Source: Bacteroides fragilis
Lineage (GTDB): Bacteria; Bacteroidota; Bacteroidia; Bacteroidales; DTGW01
Assembly: GCA_945889005.1 (NCBI GenBank)
Contig: CAMDBI010000017.1
Coordinates: forward strand, 227 to 64,226
Reading direction: 5' to 3'
DNA length: 64,000 nucleotides
Each line of letters opens with the position of its first letter. The first letter of the stretch is position 1. Below, in pieces: positions 41,001-49,788 of this stretch. The translations under genes were made by a program, and so were the position numbers. The notes beneath the pieces are model-generated. The model ran no database searches. It was not told the origin of the DNA and worked only from the letters and a program-made list of their open reading frames with translations.

Positions 41001-42485
41001 AAATCAAAAATTGAAGCCGACTCGGCCAATAAAGCCAAATCGGAATTTTTGGCAAATATGAGCCACGAAATTCGTACTCCGATGAATGCCATTCTTGGGT
41101 TTAGCGAGGCATTGTATCATAAGCTTGACTCTAAGCAACACCAAAACATGGTGAAATCGATTCTCAATGGCGGAAATCTTCTTATGTCGTTGCTCAACGA
41201 TATTCTCGACCTTTCGAAAATTGAAGCCGGGAAACTCGATATTTCGCCACAACCTGTCGATCTGAATAATTTATTACAAGAAATTATTATGCTTTTTAAA
41301 GAAAAAGCTCAAGTTAAAGGCGTTGATCTTTTTTATAATTTGAGTAGTGGCTTTCCTACAGGTGTTATGCTCGACGAAATTCGTATCAAACAAGTGTTTT
41401 TTAACTTGGTTGGCAATGCTATTAAATTTACGCACAAGGGATATGTCAAGATTCATTTATTTTTCGAATATAATTCTGAAGATAATGGTCAATTGACTAT
41501 AGATGTAGAAGATACTGGTATAGGAATTCCGGAGTCGCAGCAACAAATAATATTTGAATCTTTTAGGCAACAATCGGGTCAGTCGAACCGCGAATATGGT
41601 GGCACTGGTTTAGGTTTGGCGATCTCGAAACGATTGGTCGAAAAAATGAATGGAACTATTTCGGTAGCGAGTAAGGTTGGCGATGGTTCAATTTTTAAAA
41701 TTGTTTTCTCTGAAATGAAAACTACCAACATAGAAACAATAGCAAAGGATGATTTTGAAATAATTCAAAACATTACATTCGAAAAAGCATCGATACTGGT
41801 AGTTGACGATATAGCTACTAATATTGAAGCAATTGAAAACCTATTGTCCGATACAAATATCACAGTATTGTCTGCCGAAAATGGCGATTTGGCCCTGGAA
41901 ATACTAAAAAACAGTAGCCCCGATTTAATAATGCTCGATATGCGTATGCCCGGTAAAGATGGTTATGAAATGGCAAAAATTATTAAAAACAATACTCAAT
42001 ATAATCATATACCAATTATTGCATATACAGCATCGGTTCATAGTAGTTCGAAAATTGACGATTCGGGCAATTTCAATGGGCTTTTATGGAAGCCAGTTAA
42101 ACGAAGTGAGTTGTTCAACCAGCTTTGTAAGTTTTTGAAATATAAAGTTGTAGTCGATGAAGTTGATGATACGGTTTCGAATGAAATCAATTATTTAATA
42201 ACAGATGAAGTGACAATAAGTAAACTGCCTGAAATTGTTAATATTCTTAAAGACAATTATTTAAAAGAATGGGAACTCATAAAAGATTCTTACATATTGT
42301 TCAAAATTGAGGAGTTTGCCAATAAATTGTTGGCAATTGCTCGTGAAAATAAAATAATTGTTCTGATGAACTATTCAAATGAGATTAAAGAAAATTTGGA
42401 AAATCTCAATCTTGATGATTTAAAAAGAACATTATATCAATTTCCTGATATTATTGAGAAACTAAATCGACAAGTAAAAATGTAA
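38097..42485 (+). CDS. Hybrid sensor histidine kinase: TM-CHASE-TM, multiple PAS, HisKA, HATPase_c, REC, C-terminal helical tail
   Basis: 1462 aa. Two TM segments flank a ~280-aa extracytoplasmic CHASE-like region. H-box FLANMSHEIRTPMNAILGF. GTGLGLAISKRLVEKMNG. Receiver ILVVDD...DLIMLDMRMPGKDGYEM. Confidence 0.9.
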   Translation: MIKKNHQYRTKLNTAWRAIIVLIVCIGFTTFASYYTKVYLEKEEIIEFQLLCADIKTKISTRLYAHAQLLRSGSAFFSSADSVLRDDWRNFYEHAHISKNLPGIQGLGYVQIIPKNQLKTHIQSVREQGFPNYAVYPDGDRSVYSSVVYLEPFVGRNLRAFGYDMLSEPVRRKAMEIARDSNIAMLSGKVKLVQETNNDVQFGTLMYVPVYRHNSLIETVDQRRAAIVGWVYSPYRMNDLMEGILGRWDIIKHGRIHLHVYDNNTISTEALLYDSQRFDSIIHNDKSALIVSTPVEFNGKYWTLLFKSRYEHSLLFHSKVLVVFIMGCVISFLLFFLTLSLFNTRFRAQKIAEQLTSEIKESEAKSSAILHTLPDMMFIQDINGVYIDFFVPQNVKTFVPPKVFLGQRMENVLPPDVVDRFIPLFKKAIETNQTQFLEYTLVMPDRIRYYEARTIAFEINKVLSIVRDITARKDAEEQLEQIRKNYETFFNTIDDFLFVLDEQANIIHVNETVRKRLEYSDDELRGLSVLMVHPAERREEAARIVGEMLEGKTDHCPVPLISKTGKIILVETRVSLGQWDGQPALFGVTKDVSKLKLSEERFSKAFNNSATIMAISVFDTGKFIEVNQIFLDTFNLKRDDVIGKTSIELNIFSKENRDKIKKESYSGKKITNLEVDIRFGEKLIYGLFSADVIYIQDTKCWLTVMQNITERKKAEQTIKEALNMQKLLLDNISAGVVIIDADTHIVENINEAGCELFGDTSENITGKRCFNYLCVNGEGNCPITDNDQDIENAERDLLQKNGNRLPILKTVKRIVINEKNKLIETFIDISSLKKIETELKQLATRLSLATNAGGVGIWDWDIVNNNLIWDDQMYALYGITKDTFSGAYDAWVAGLHPDDKVRGDDEIQMAINGEKEFNTEFRVLWPDKSIHTIRALAIVQRDESGNALHIVGTNWDITTQKQNEQALIKSKIEADSANKAKSEFLANMSHEIRTPMNAILGFSEALYHKLDSKQHQNMVKSILNGGNLLMSLLNDILDLSKIEAGKLDISPQPVDLNNLLQEIIMLFKEKAQVKGVDLFYNLSSGFPTGVMLDEIRIKQVFFNLVGNAIKFTHKGYVKIHLFFEYNSEDNGQLTIDVEDTGIGIPESQQQIIFESFRQQSGQSNREYGGTGLGLAISKRLVEKMNGTISVASKVGDGSIFKIVFSEMKTTNIETIAKDDFEIIQNITFEKASILVVDDIATNIEAIENLLSDTNITVLSAENGDLALEILKNSSPDLIMLDMRMPGKDGYEMAKIIKNNTQYNHIPIIAYTASVHSSSKIDDSGNFNGLLWKPVKRSELFNQLCKFLKYKVVVDEVDDTVSNEINYLITDEVTISKLPEIVNILKDNYLKEWELIKDSYILFKIEEFANKLLAIARENKIIVLMNYSNEIKENLENLNLDDLKRTLYQFPDIIEKLNRQVKM

Positions 42486-42490
42486 TAAAA

Positions 42491-43576
42491 ATGGAAAAAT
42501 CAGCATATTTGTTGTTAGTAGACGACAACCGCGAAAACTTAGGAGTGTTAAGTAATATTTTGAAAGAAAAAGGCTATAAAATAGCACTGGCACTCGATGG
42601 GAATGCGGCACTACAGGTGGTAAAATCGATTTCCGTTGATCTTATACTTCTCGATATTATGATGCCCGGAATAGATGGTTATGAGGTTTGTCGACAATTA
42701 AAAGCCAATCCGAAGTATTCAGATATCCCGGTTATTTTTTTAAGTGCGCTAAACGATACTGCCGATATTGTTAAAGCTTTTCAAACAGGTGCTGTCGATT
42801 ACATAACCAAGCCATTTCAGGCCGATGAAGTAAATGTTCGTGTAACTACACATTTAAAACTACGCCAACAAAACATCGAATTGCAAAAAAATAATGCTGA
42901 TAAAGACCGTTTTATATCACTACTAGCACACGATTTGCGAAATCCTTTATCGGCCTTAATTGGTTTTTCAGATTTATTGATAAAAAACATCAATAAATAC
43001 AGTACAGAAGAGATAAAGTCTAAAGTTGAGATTATAAATGACTCGGGCAAATCGGCTCATAACCTACTCGAAGATATATTGATATGGGTAAAGGCTCAAG
43101 TCGGGAGAGTGCCATTTCGACCCGAATTTATTGATTTTTCAAGTATGTGTGACAATGTAATTGAAAAAGTGAAACTTAATGCTCAAACAAAGCATATTAA
43201 CATTAGCTATTTTTTTGATCAGAATATAAAAATATTTGCCGATGCCAATATGTTGGCAACCATTTTGCGCAATTTGCTCACCAATGCCATAAAATTTACT
43301 AATGAAGGTGGTAAAATTCAAATTTATGCCGAATCTTCTGAAAATGAAATTATTATTACTGTATCGGACAATGGGGTAGGTATGGTACCCGAATTGATAG
43401 AAACGATTTTTGATATATCTCAAAATCAATCCAAAGCGGGCACTGCCAAAGAAAAAGGTTCTGGATTGGGGCTGCATCTTTGCAAAGAATTTGTTGAACA
43501 GCATGGAGGGAGAATATGGGTCAATAGCAAAGTAGGTGAAGGGTCGGAATTTAAGTTTTCATTGCCAATTAATTAA
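42491..43576 (+). CDS. Response-regulator receiver fused to a HisKA/HATPase_c histidine kinase
   Basis: 361 aa. REC (LLLVDDN...DLILLDIMMPGIDGYEV...VDYITKPF), H-box FISLLAHDLRNPLSALIGF, GSGLGLHLCKEFVEQHGG. Only 5 nt after the previous gene. Confidence 0.9.
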   Translation: MEKSAYLLLVDDNRENLGVLSNILKEKGYKIALALDGNAALQVVKSISVDLILLDIMMPGIDGYEVCRQLKANPKYSDIPVIFLSALNDTADIVKAFQTGAVDYITKPFQADEVNVRVTTHLKLRQQNIELQKNNADKDRFISLLAHDLRNPLSALIGFSDLLIKNINKYSTEEIKSKVEIINDSGKSAHNLLEDILIWVKAQVGRVPFRPEFIDFSSMCDNVIEKVKLNAQTKHINISYFFDQNIKIFADANMLATILRNLLTNAIKFTNEGGKIQIYAESSENEIIITVSDNGVGMVPELIETIFDISQNQSKAGTAKEKGSGLGLHLCKEFVEQHGGRIWVNSKVGEGSEFKFSLPIN

Positions 43577-43634
43577 AATGTTGTTATTAAATCATTATTT
43601 TATTCAGACTAATGTCAACAATGCATAAGTGGCA

Positions 43635-43659
43635 GTCATTCTGAGCGTAGCGAAGAATC
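43635..43659. repeat. REP-like motif GTCATTCTGAGCGTAGCGAAGAATC
   Basis: Shares the GAGCGTAGC core with sequences at 118-190, 7026-7056, 8190-8220, 8276-8292 and 53741-53818. Confidence 0.6.
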
Positions 43660-43850
43660 TTTTCAAATTTGCCAGACAATGGTGCTTAATAATCTAGTAT
43701 TTTTTTTTGACAAATACTAGTTTTTAGATCAAATTATTTTATAAATCAGTTAATTATAACTTCGTTTTTTCTTTTATTTTATTTCGCTCTTTAGTAAATT
43801 AGTATATGTGTTGGTGAAATATTAAAAAGCACTTTTATATATACGAATGT

Positions 43851-45902
43851 ATGGCAGGAGTTGACTTGACAAGATTTGTAGAAAAGTTTAAAGACGATTC
43901 ACATCTATTATTAAACGAACTTGAAGGTAAGCTTCTTGAACTCGAAAAAGACAGCTCGAATCATGAGCTTATAGAAGCCGTTTTCAGAGTTATGCACACC
44001 CTCAAAGGTGTGGGTGGTATGTTTGGCTACGATGCCATATCGAATTATACGCATTATCTCGAGGGCATTTATGATAAAATACGTAATAAAACCCTAGTTC
44101 TTTCGCACGATATCTTTAACGTTACATTCGATTCGGTTGACCATCTTCGCAATTTATTGGGCGACCAAAATGTTCAGAACCTCCAATTGGCGTCTCGACA
44201 TAAAGAGCTTATTGAAAAAATCGAGAAAGTTTTAAAAAACTCCAATCTAGATGTTGCCAAACCTATGTCGGAAAAAGCAATAGAAATAATAAAACAAAGT
44301 AAAACAGAAGCAACATGGTTTATTTATTTTAAATGCTCCGAAGAGCTTATATTTAGAGGTGTTAATATTGTTTATTTGTTCGAAGATATTGCCAAACTCG
44401 GCAAGTTTTATGTTGAAAAGTTAAATACCATTCAAACAATAGATAGCTCATTTGAAGAAACATGGGGTATATATGTGTTTACCGAAGCCCCATACGAAGA
44501 AATAGAAGATATTTTTATGTTCGTAAGTGAATATGTAAAAATATTGAAAGCCTCAACTATCGATTTGCTTAACCCTCAGTCCGAAACCGATTTGTCAGTC
44601 ACAACTCCAACTGCCGGCAATTCTATATTCGAATTAGCACTTAAACAAGGCGAAATTGCCAATCATAAAGGTAATAATGTAACAGAGATAAATACTGCAG
44701 AAGTTGCAATAAACGATAAACCTGCTTTACAGTCGAATGTAATTTCACGTATTTCGGTAGGTTCCGACAAGCTCGATAAACTAATGTATTTGGTTAGTGA
44801 ATTGTTTACCACCAAGTCTGAATTGCTTATGGCTACCGATGCTCAAAACTGGGAACGAGTAAAAGCTGCTGCCGAAAAAGTCGATAAACTATCGAATCTG
44901 TTTAGAAATAATGCACTTAATATTAGGCTTGTTCCTCTTAAAGATGTTACACAGAAGTTCAAACGCCTCATTCGCGATTTGAGCCAGACTTTAAACAAAA
45001 AAATTGATTTTGATGCTTATGGCGACGAAACAGAGTTAGACAAAAATTTGGTCGATAGCCTTACCGACCCTTTTATGCACATAATTCGCAATTGTATAGA
45101 CCACGGTATAGAAAACTCTGATGTGAGAGTTGCTAATGGTAAGTCAGATACTGGAACCATCAAATTTGTAGCATCACAAACAGGCAATTTTATTAACATT
45201 CAAATAAGCGACGATGGCAAGGGAATAAATACCGATTATATCCGTTCAAAAGCTATTGAAAAGGGCTTTATTCAACACAATGCTCAGCTTACAAAAACAG
45301 AACTGCTCGATCTTATTTTCTTGCCCGGTTTTTCTACAGCCGAAACCCTTAGCCAAGTTTCGGGGCGTGGTGTTGGTATGGATGTCGTAAAACGTGCTAT
45401 AACTAGTTTACGTGGTTCTATACAAATAGACACTGAAACAAATCGAGGTACTACATTCTCTATTAAGCTTCAGCAAACTATTTCAATTATCGATACTTTG
45501 CTTATCAAAACTGGTGAAACATATTTTACTATTCACCTCGAAGAAATTGAATTGTGTGGACTCGAAACTCACAATCATTTGTTCGACAGAGTAAATAGCC
45601 ATTGGCAACTCAACGACGAGCTTATTCCGTTTGTTTATTTGCGCTCTACATTTAAAATAAAAGGTCAATCGCCCGAAATGGAGAGAATTGTTGTTGTAAG
45701 AAAAAATTCAAAACGAATTGCCATTGTTACCGACGAAATTATTGGGCAGCATCAGGCTGTGCTTAAGCCTATTGGCGATTTGGTAAAGAAGCAAGAATGT
45801 ATTTCGGGAGCCAGTATTATTGGCGACGGTCACATAGCACTTATGCTCGACACCGAGAAACTGATGCAGAGCAATAAATTTGTTGTAAATGAATATGTTT
45901 AA
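43851..45902 (+). CDS. cheA: Chemotaxis-type histidine kinase CheA
   Basis: 683 aa. HPt site FRVMHTLKGVGGMFGY, N box PFMHIIRNCIDHGIE, G1 ISDDGKGI, G2 SGRGVGMDVV, C-terminal CheW-like domain. Confidence 0.92.
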   Translation: MAGVDLTRFVEKFKDDSHLLLNELEGKLLELEKDSSNHELIEAVFRVMHTLKGVGGMFGYDAISNYTHYLEGIYDKIRNKTLVLSHDIFNVTFDSVDHLRNLLGDQNVQNLQLASRHKELIEKIEKVLKNSNLDVAKPMSEKAIEIIKQSKTEATWFIYFKCSEELIFRGVNIVYLFEDIAKLGKFYVEKLNTIQTIDSSFEETWGIYVFTEAPYEEIEDIFMFVSEYVKILKASTIDLLNPQSETDLSVTTPTAGNSIFELALKQGEIANHKGNNVTEINTAEVAINDKPALQSNVISRISVGSDKLDKLMYLVSELFTTKSELLMATDAQNWERVKAAAEKVDKLSNLFRNNALNIRLVPLKDVTQKFKRLIRDLSQTLNKKIDFDAYGDETELDKNLVDSLTDPFMHIIRNCIDHGIENSDVRVANGKSDTGTIKFVASQTGNFINIQISDDGKGINTDYIRSKAIEKGFIQHNAQLTKTELLDLIFLPGFSTAETLSQVSGRGVGMDVVKRAITSLRGSIQIDTETNRGTTFSIKLQQTISIIDTLLIKTGETYFTIHLEEIELCGLETHNHLFDRVNSHWQLNDELIPFVYLRSTFKIKGQSPEMERIVVVRKNSKRIAIVTDEIIGQHQAVLKPIGDLVKKQECISGASIIGDGHIALMLDTEKLMQSNKFVVNEYV

Positions 45903-45999
45903 ATTATTGAATATTGACTATTGATTATTGTCAATTGTCTCATATCTCATGTCTCACATCTCATATCTCATATCTTAAAATCTATTATCTAATTATATT
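45903..45999. repeat. Two-part word-repeat spacer between cheA and cheW
   Basis: The first half uses ATTGA/ATTGT words (G present, almost no C). The second half is ATCTCAT/GTCTCAC/ATCTCAT words (C present, almost no G). Confidence 0.75.
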
Positions 46000-46491
46000 A
46001 TGGAACGATTAAAAAACAAACACAAAAACGTATTCTTATCCTTCAAACTAGGAAAAGAATTATTTGCCGTTTCTGTAAAGAAGGTGCTTGAAGTGTTGCA
46101 GCAACAGCACATCACCGAAATTCCCGATATGCCCGAATATATAAAGGGCGTAATTAACTTCAGAGGCGACATTTTGCCCATATTCGATGCTCGACTCAAA
46201 TTCAACTTACATATCAACGAACAAGACGAAAGCCAATCGGTAATCATTGTATTAGACTTAGCATCTGAAAGCAAGAGTATGCGGATAGGTGCTGTAGTCG
46301 ATGGAGTAAAAGATGTCCTGACATTTGACGAAAACGATGTGAAACCGGTACCCGAAATGGGACTCAAATACAATGCCGAGTATATAAGTGGTATGATAAA
46401 GGTGGGCGAAAGCTTTATCATGATACTCGATGTCGATAAGGTATTTACTACCGATGAGGTAAGTATATTAAATACAGCTAATAACGAATAA
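46000..46491 (+). CDS. cheW: Chemotaxis coupling protein CheW
   Basis: 163 aa, single CheW-like domain (FLSFKLGKELFAVSVKKVLEVL...VINFRGDILPIFD). Confidence 0.9.
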   Translation: MERLKNKHKNVFLSFKLGKELFAVSVKKVLEVLQQQHITEIPDMPEYIKGVINFRGDILPIFDARLKFNLHINEQDESQSVIIVLDLASESKSMRIGAVVDGVKDVLTFDENDVKPVPEMGLKYNAEYISGMIKVGESFIMILDVDKVFTTDEVSILNTANNE

Positions 46492-46525
46492 ATAAAGATT
46501 ACAAATAATAAAAAAACACAATATT

Positions 46526-48550
46526 ATGAAATGGTTAAATAGTATGAAAATCCGCACAAAGCTTCTTAGTAGTTTTCTATTAATCGCGGTCTTTACAGGT
46601 ATTATTGGGTATATGGGTATAAGTCGTTTGCATTTGATAGAAGATGCCGATATTGTAATGTATGAGAAAATAACTGTTCCTCTCAGTGATCTTATGGAAA
46701 TGACTACAGCATTTCAACGAATAAGAGTAAATGTTCGTGATGCAATATTTGCAAAAGACTTGAACGAACAGAAAGATAGATTTAATGATATTGATAAATT
46801 AGTTGGATATTTTAATGTAAGTTTTAATCATGTTGAAGTTACTACACTGACAGAAAAGGGCAAAATTGAAGTGAAAAATGTGAAAAAAACTTTTGATGAT
46901 TATTTGACATCAGTACCTAAAATAAAGGATCTTCTTGAGATTGGCAAAAAAGAAGAGGCTTTAGCATTAATGCAAGGAAAGATGAAATCTGACAATTTTT
47001 TGTGTCAAGAAGCATTAGATATTCTTCAAGCTAGTAAGGTAGAGTTGGCAAAACAAACTTCAGCAGATAATAACGTATTAGCAGAAAGTTCAACTTTATT
47101 TTTGCTAATTCTTATTGTTATTGTGGTGATTGTTTCCATTGTTTTAGGATTTGTTATTGCTGGCAATATTCAATCTATTGTAAAATCGGTAATCAACACA
47201 ACCAATTCATTATCTGAGGCTGCCGTTCAAGGTCGCTTATCGACACGCGGCGAACCTGAAAAAATTAATGCTGAGTTTAGAGGTATTGTAGTGGGCATAA
47301 ATAATACGCTCGATGCTGTTATTGGTCCATTGAATGTAGCTGCAGAGTATGTCGACCGTATTTCGAAAGGCGATATACCACCCAAAATAAAGGAAAACTA
47401 CAATGGCGATTTTAACGAAATAAAGAATAACCTAAACATTCTGATAGATGCCATGTTGCAAATTACCGATGCAACCAAGCAAATGTCGGAAGGCAATTTG
47501 GATTTAAAAATAGACATTCGCTCCGAAAAAGATGAACTGTCAAAGGCATTGTCGGAAATGATAAAAGTAAACACACAAATTGTTTCAGACATTAAGCGAA
47601 TAGCAACTGGCGATTTAACTATTCAGTTAAAACCTCGCTCCGATAAAGATGGACTATTGTTGGCTCTGTCGTCGATGGTTACTCAATTGGAAGAAATTGT
47701 TCGTCAGGTCAATATGGCAGCTCAGAATGTTGCCGATGGTAGCTCGGCAATTAGTGCCAGTTCGCAGCAAATGTCGCAAGGAGCCAACGAACAAGCCTCG
47801 TCGGTCGAAGAAGTATCGTCGTCGATAGAAGAAATGAGCTCAATTATTGAGCAAAATACCGACAATGCTCAGCAAACCGAGAAAATATCGCTCAAAGCTG
47901 CTACCGATATTGCCGAGGGCAACAAAGCAGTAGAAGTAACCATTTCGGCTATGAAAGAAATTGCTGAAAAAATTGTAGTGATAACATCTATAGCACAAAA
48001 GACCGATATATTGGCTATCAATGCTGCTATCGAAGCTGCACGTGCAGGTGAGCATGGCGAAGGTTTTGCGGTGGTAGCAGCCGAGGTGCGCAAGTTGGCA
48101 GAACTTAGTCAGGCTGCTGCAAAAGAAATTACTCAAACGGCACAATCGAGTGTTCAAGTAGCTGTAAAATCGGGCGAATTGCTCAAGTCGATCGTACCCG
48201 ATATTCAAAATACTGCAAAATTGGTGCAAGAAATTGCCGCAGCGAGTATGGAGCAGAAATCGGGAACTACCCAGATAAATGGAGCTATTAATCAACTCAA
48301 CACCATTGCTCAGCAAAATGCATCGTCGGCCGAAGAATTGTCGTCGAGTTCCGAACAACTATCGAGTATGGCCGAACAACTGAAAGATGTGATTTCGTAC
48401 TTCAAGACCAACGAAGAAGTAACTACCCTTCGACGCAAACAGATAAAGGAGCCGAGAAAACAATCGACACCAGTTAGTCGTTTGACTGGGGGCGCACATA
48501 TTAAACTTGCCGAAAAGATCGACAACGACGATGCATTTGAAACATATTAA
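46526..48550 (+). CDS. Methyl-accepting chemotaxis protein (two TM segments, helical-bundle sensor, HAMP array, MA domain)
   Basis: 674 aa. Signalling hairpin [34 protein letters not shown] and flanking heptads [18 protein letters not shown]. Confidence 0.92.
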   Translation: MKWLNSMKIRTKLLSSFLLIAVFTGIIGYMGISRLHLIEDADIVMYEKITVPLSDLMEMTTAFQRIRVNVRDAIFAKDLNEQKDRFNDIDKLVGYFNVSFNHVEVTTLTEKGKIEVKNVKKTFDDYLTSVPKIKDLLEIGKKEEALALMQGKMKSDNFLCQEALDILQASKVELAKQTSADNNVLAESSTLFLLILIVIVVIVSIVLGFVIAGNIQSIVKSVINTTNSLSEAAVQGRLSTRGEPEKINAEFRGIVVGINNTLDAVIGPLNVAAEYVDRISKGDIPPKIKENYNGDFNEIKNNLNILIDAMLQITDATKQMSEGNLDLKIDIRSEKDELSKALSEMIKVNTQIVSDIKRIATGDLTIQLKPRSDKDGLLLALSSMVTQLEEIVRQVNMAAQNVADGSSAISASSQQMSQGANEQASSVEEVSSSIEEMSSIIEQNTDNAQQTEKISLKAATDIAEGNKAVEVTISAMKEIAEKIVVITSIAQKTDILAINAAIEAARAGEHGEGFAVVAAEVRKLAELSQAAAKEITQTAQSSVQVAVKSGELLKSIVPDIQNTAKLVQEIAAASMEQKSGTTQINGAINQLNTIAQQNASSAEELSSSSEQLSSMAEQLKDVISYFKTNEEVTTLRRKQIKEPRKQSTPVSRLTGGAHIKLAEKIDNDDAFETY

Positions 48551-48555
48551 GATCT

Positions 48556-49746
48556 ATGGAAGACATTCCTTACATTTTAGTTGTTGACGACAATCCCAAT
48601 AATTTACAAATGGTGAGCGCTATTCTTGCCGAAAAAAAATATAAAATAGCGCTCGCTATGAATGGTATTAGTGCTCTAAAAGTATTGGACGAGATTACAA
48701 TCGATCTAATACTTTTAGACATTATGATGCCCGATATGGATGGATATGAGGTATGTCGTATTGTTAAACAAAATTCAAAAACTAAAGATATACCGGTAAT
48801 ATTTCTTACTGCATTAGACGAAACATCCGATATTATTAAAGCATTTAACAGTGGAGGAGTCGATTATATTACCAAACCTATTCGTGCTCAGGAGTTAATG
48901 GCTCGAATCGAGACCCATTTAACTATTTCGCGACTGCAACACAAATTGATTGAAACCAACGAAAAGCTTGAACAAACAGTTAAGCTTCGGACTTCGCAAT
49001 TAATTGAGATTAATGAAGAGTTGACTAACAAGGTGCAGGAGCTTAAAACCGCCAATGAAATTATAAAATCAAGTATCGTAGAAAGGAAAAATTTGCAGCA
49101 ACAAATGACCTTAGCAACCATACAATCCGAAGAAACCGAGCGAACACGTATCTCGCAGGAGCTTCACGATGGTCTGGGCCCCATTCTTACTACTATAAAA
49201 CTCTATCTGCAATGGCTCAATAAGCCCGATGCACTTAAAAACAAAGCAGAACTTATCGATCAAACTATTGAAATTACCGACGAAGCAATTCAAAGTGTAA
49301 AAGATATTTCTAACAAGCTTAGTCCTAGCGTATTGCTCAAATACGGTTTGCAAACAGCTATTGAGTCTTTTGTCAGCAAAATTAGATCTACTGTAAGTAT
49401 AAAATTTAAAATCGATATCAGATTACGTTCGCGATTAATGCAAAACATCGAGATATTGTTGTACAGGGTAATAATCGAATGTGTAAATAATACCATTAAA
49501 TATGCTGATGCTCATAATGTTAATATTGAGATTATGGACGATAATCAAATACTATTTGTAAACTATTCCGACGATGGACAAGGTTTTGATTTGTATGAAG
49601 TGAAAAAGAATAAGAATGGTCTTGGACTTATAAATATGCAAAACAGGGTTGAAACACTCGATGGCTTTTTGAAAATTGTAAGCTCACCGGGAACAGGTAT
49701 GAAATTGTTTGTTACAATTCCTTCGGCAACATTATATATCGATTGA
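48556..49746 (+). CDS. Receiver domain, coiled coil, then HisKA_3/HATPase_c (NarX/DegS-class) histidine kinase
   Basis: 396 aa. REC (ILVVDDN...DLILLDIMMPDMDGYEV...VDYITKPI), H-box RISQELHDGLGPILT, GLGLINMQNRVETLDG. 5 nt after the MCP stop. Confidence 0.9.
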   Translation: MEDIPYILVVDDNPNNLQMVSAILAEKKYKIALAMNGISALKVLDEITIDLILLDIMMPDMDGYEVCRIVKQNSKTKDIPVIFLTALDETSDIIKAFNSGGVDYITKPIRAQELMARIETHLTISRLQHKLIETNEKLEQTVKLRTSQLIEINEELTNKVQELKTANEIIKSSIVERKNLQQQMTLATIQSEETERTRISQELHDGLGPILTTIKLYLQWLNKPDALKNKAELIDQTIEITDEAIQSVKDISNKLSPSVLLKYGLQTAIESFVSKIRSTVSIKFKIDIRLRSRLMQNIEILLYRVIIECVNNTIKYADAHNVNIEIMDDNQILFVNYSDDGQGFDLYEVKKNKNGLGLINMQNRVETLDGFLKIVSSPGTGMKLFVTIPSATLYID

Positions 49747-49788
49747 ATAGAATGATACAATAATACTATATTAAAAACAAATGACACC

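Noticed and set aside
43694-43726. CTAGTATT/AATACTAG hairpin plus T-run as the terminator of the first kinase pair
   Set aside because: The stem is only 8 bp, all AT-rich, with an 11-nt loop. That is too weak to call with confidence, so it is mentioned only as a possibility.
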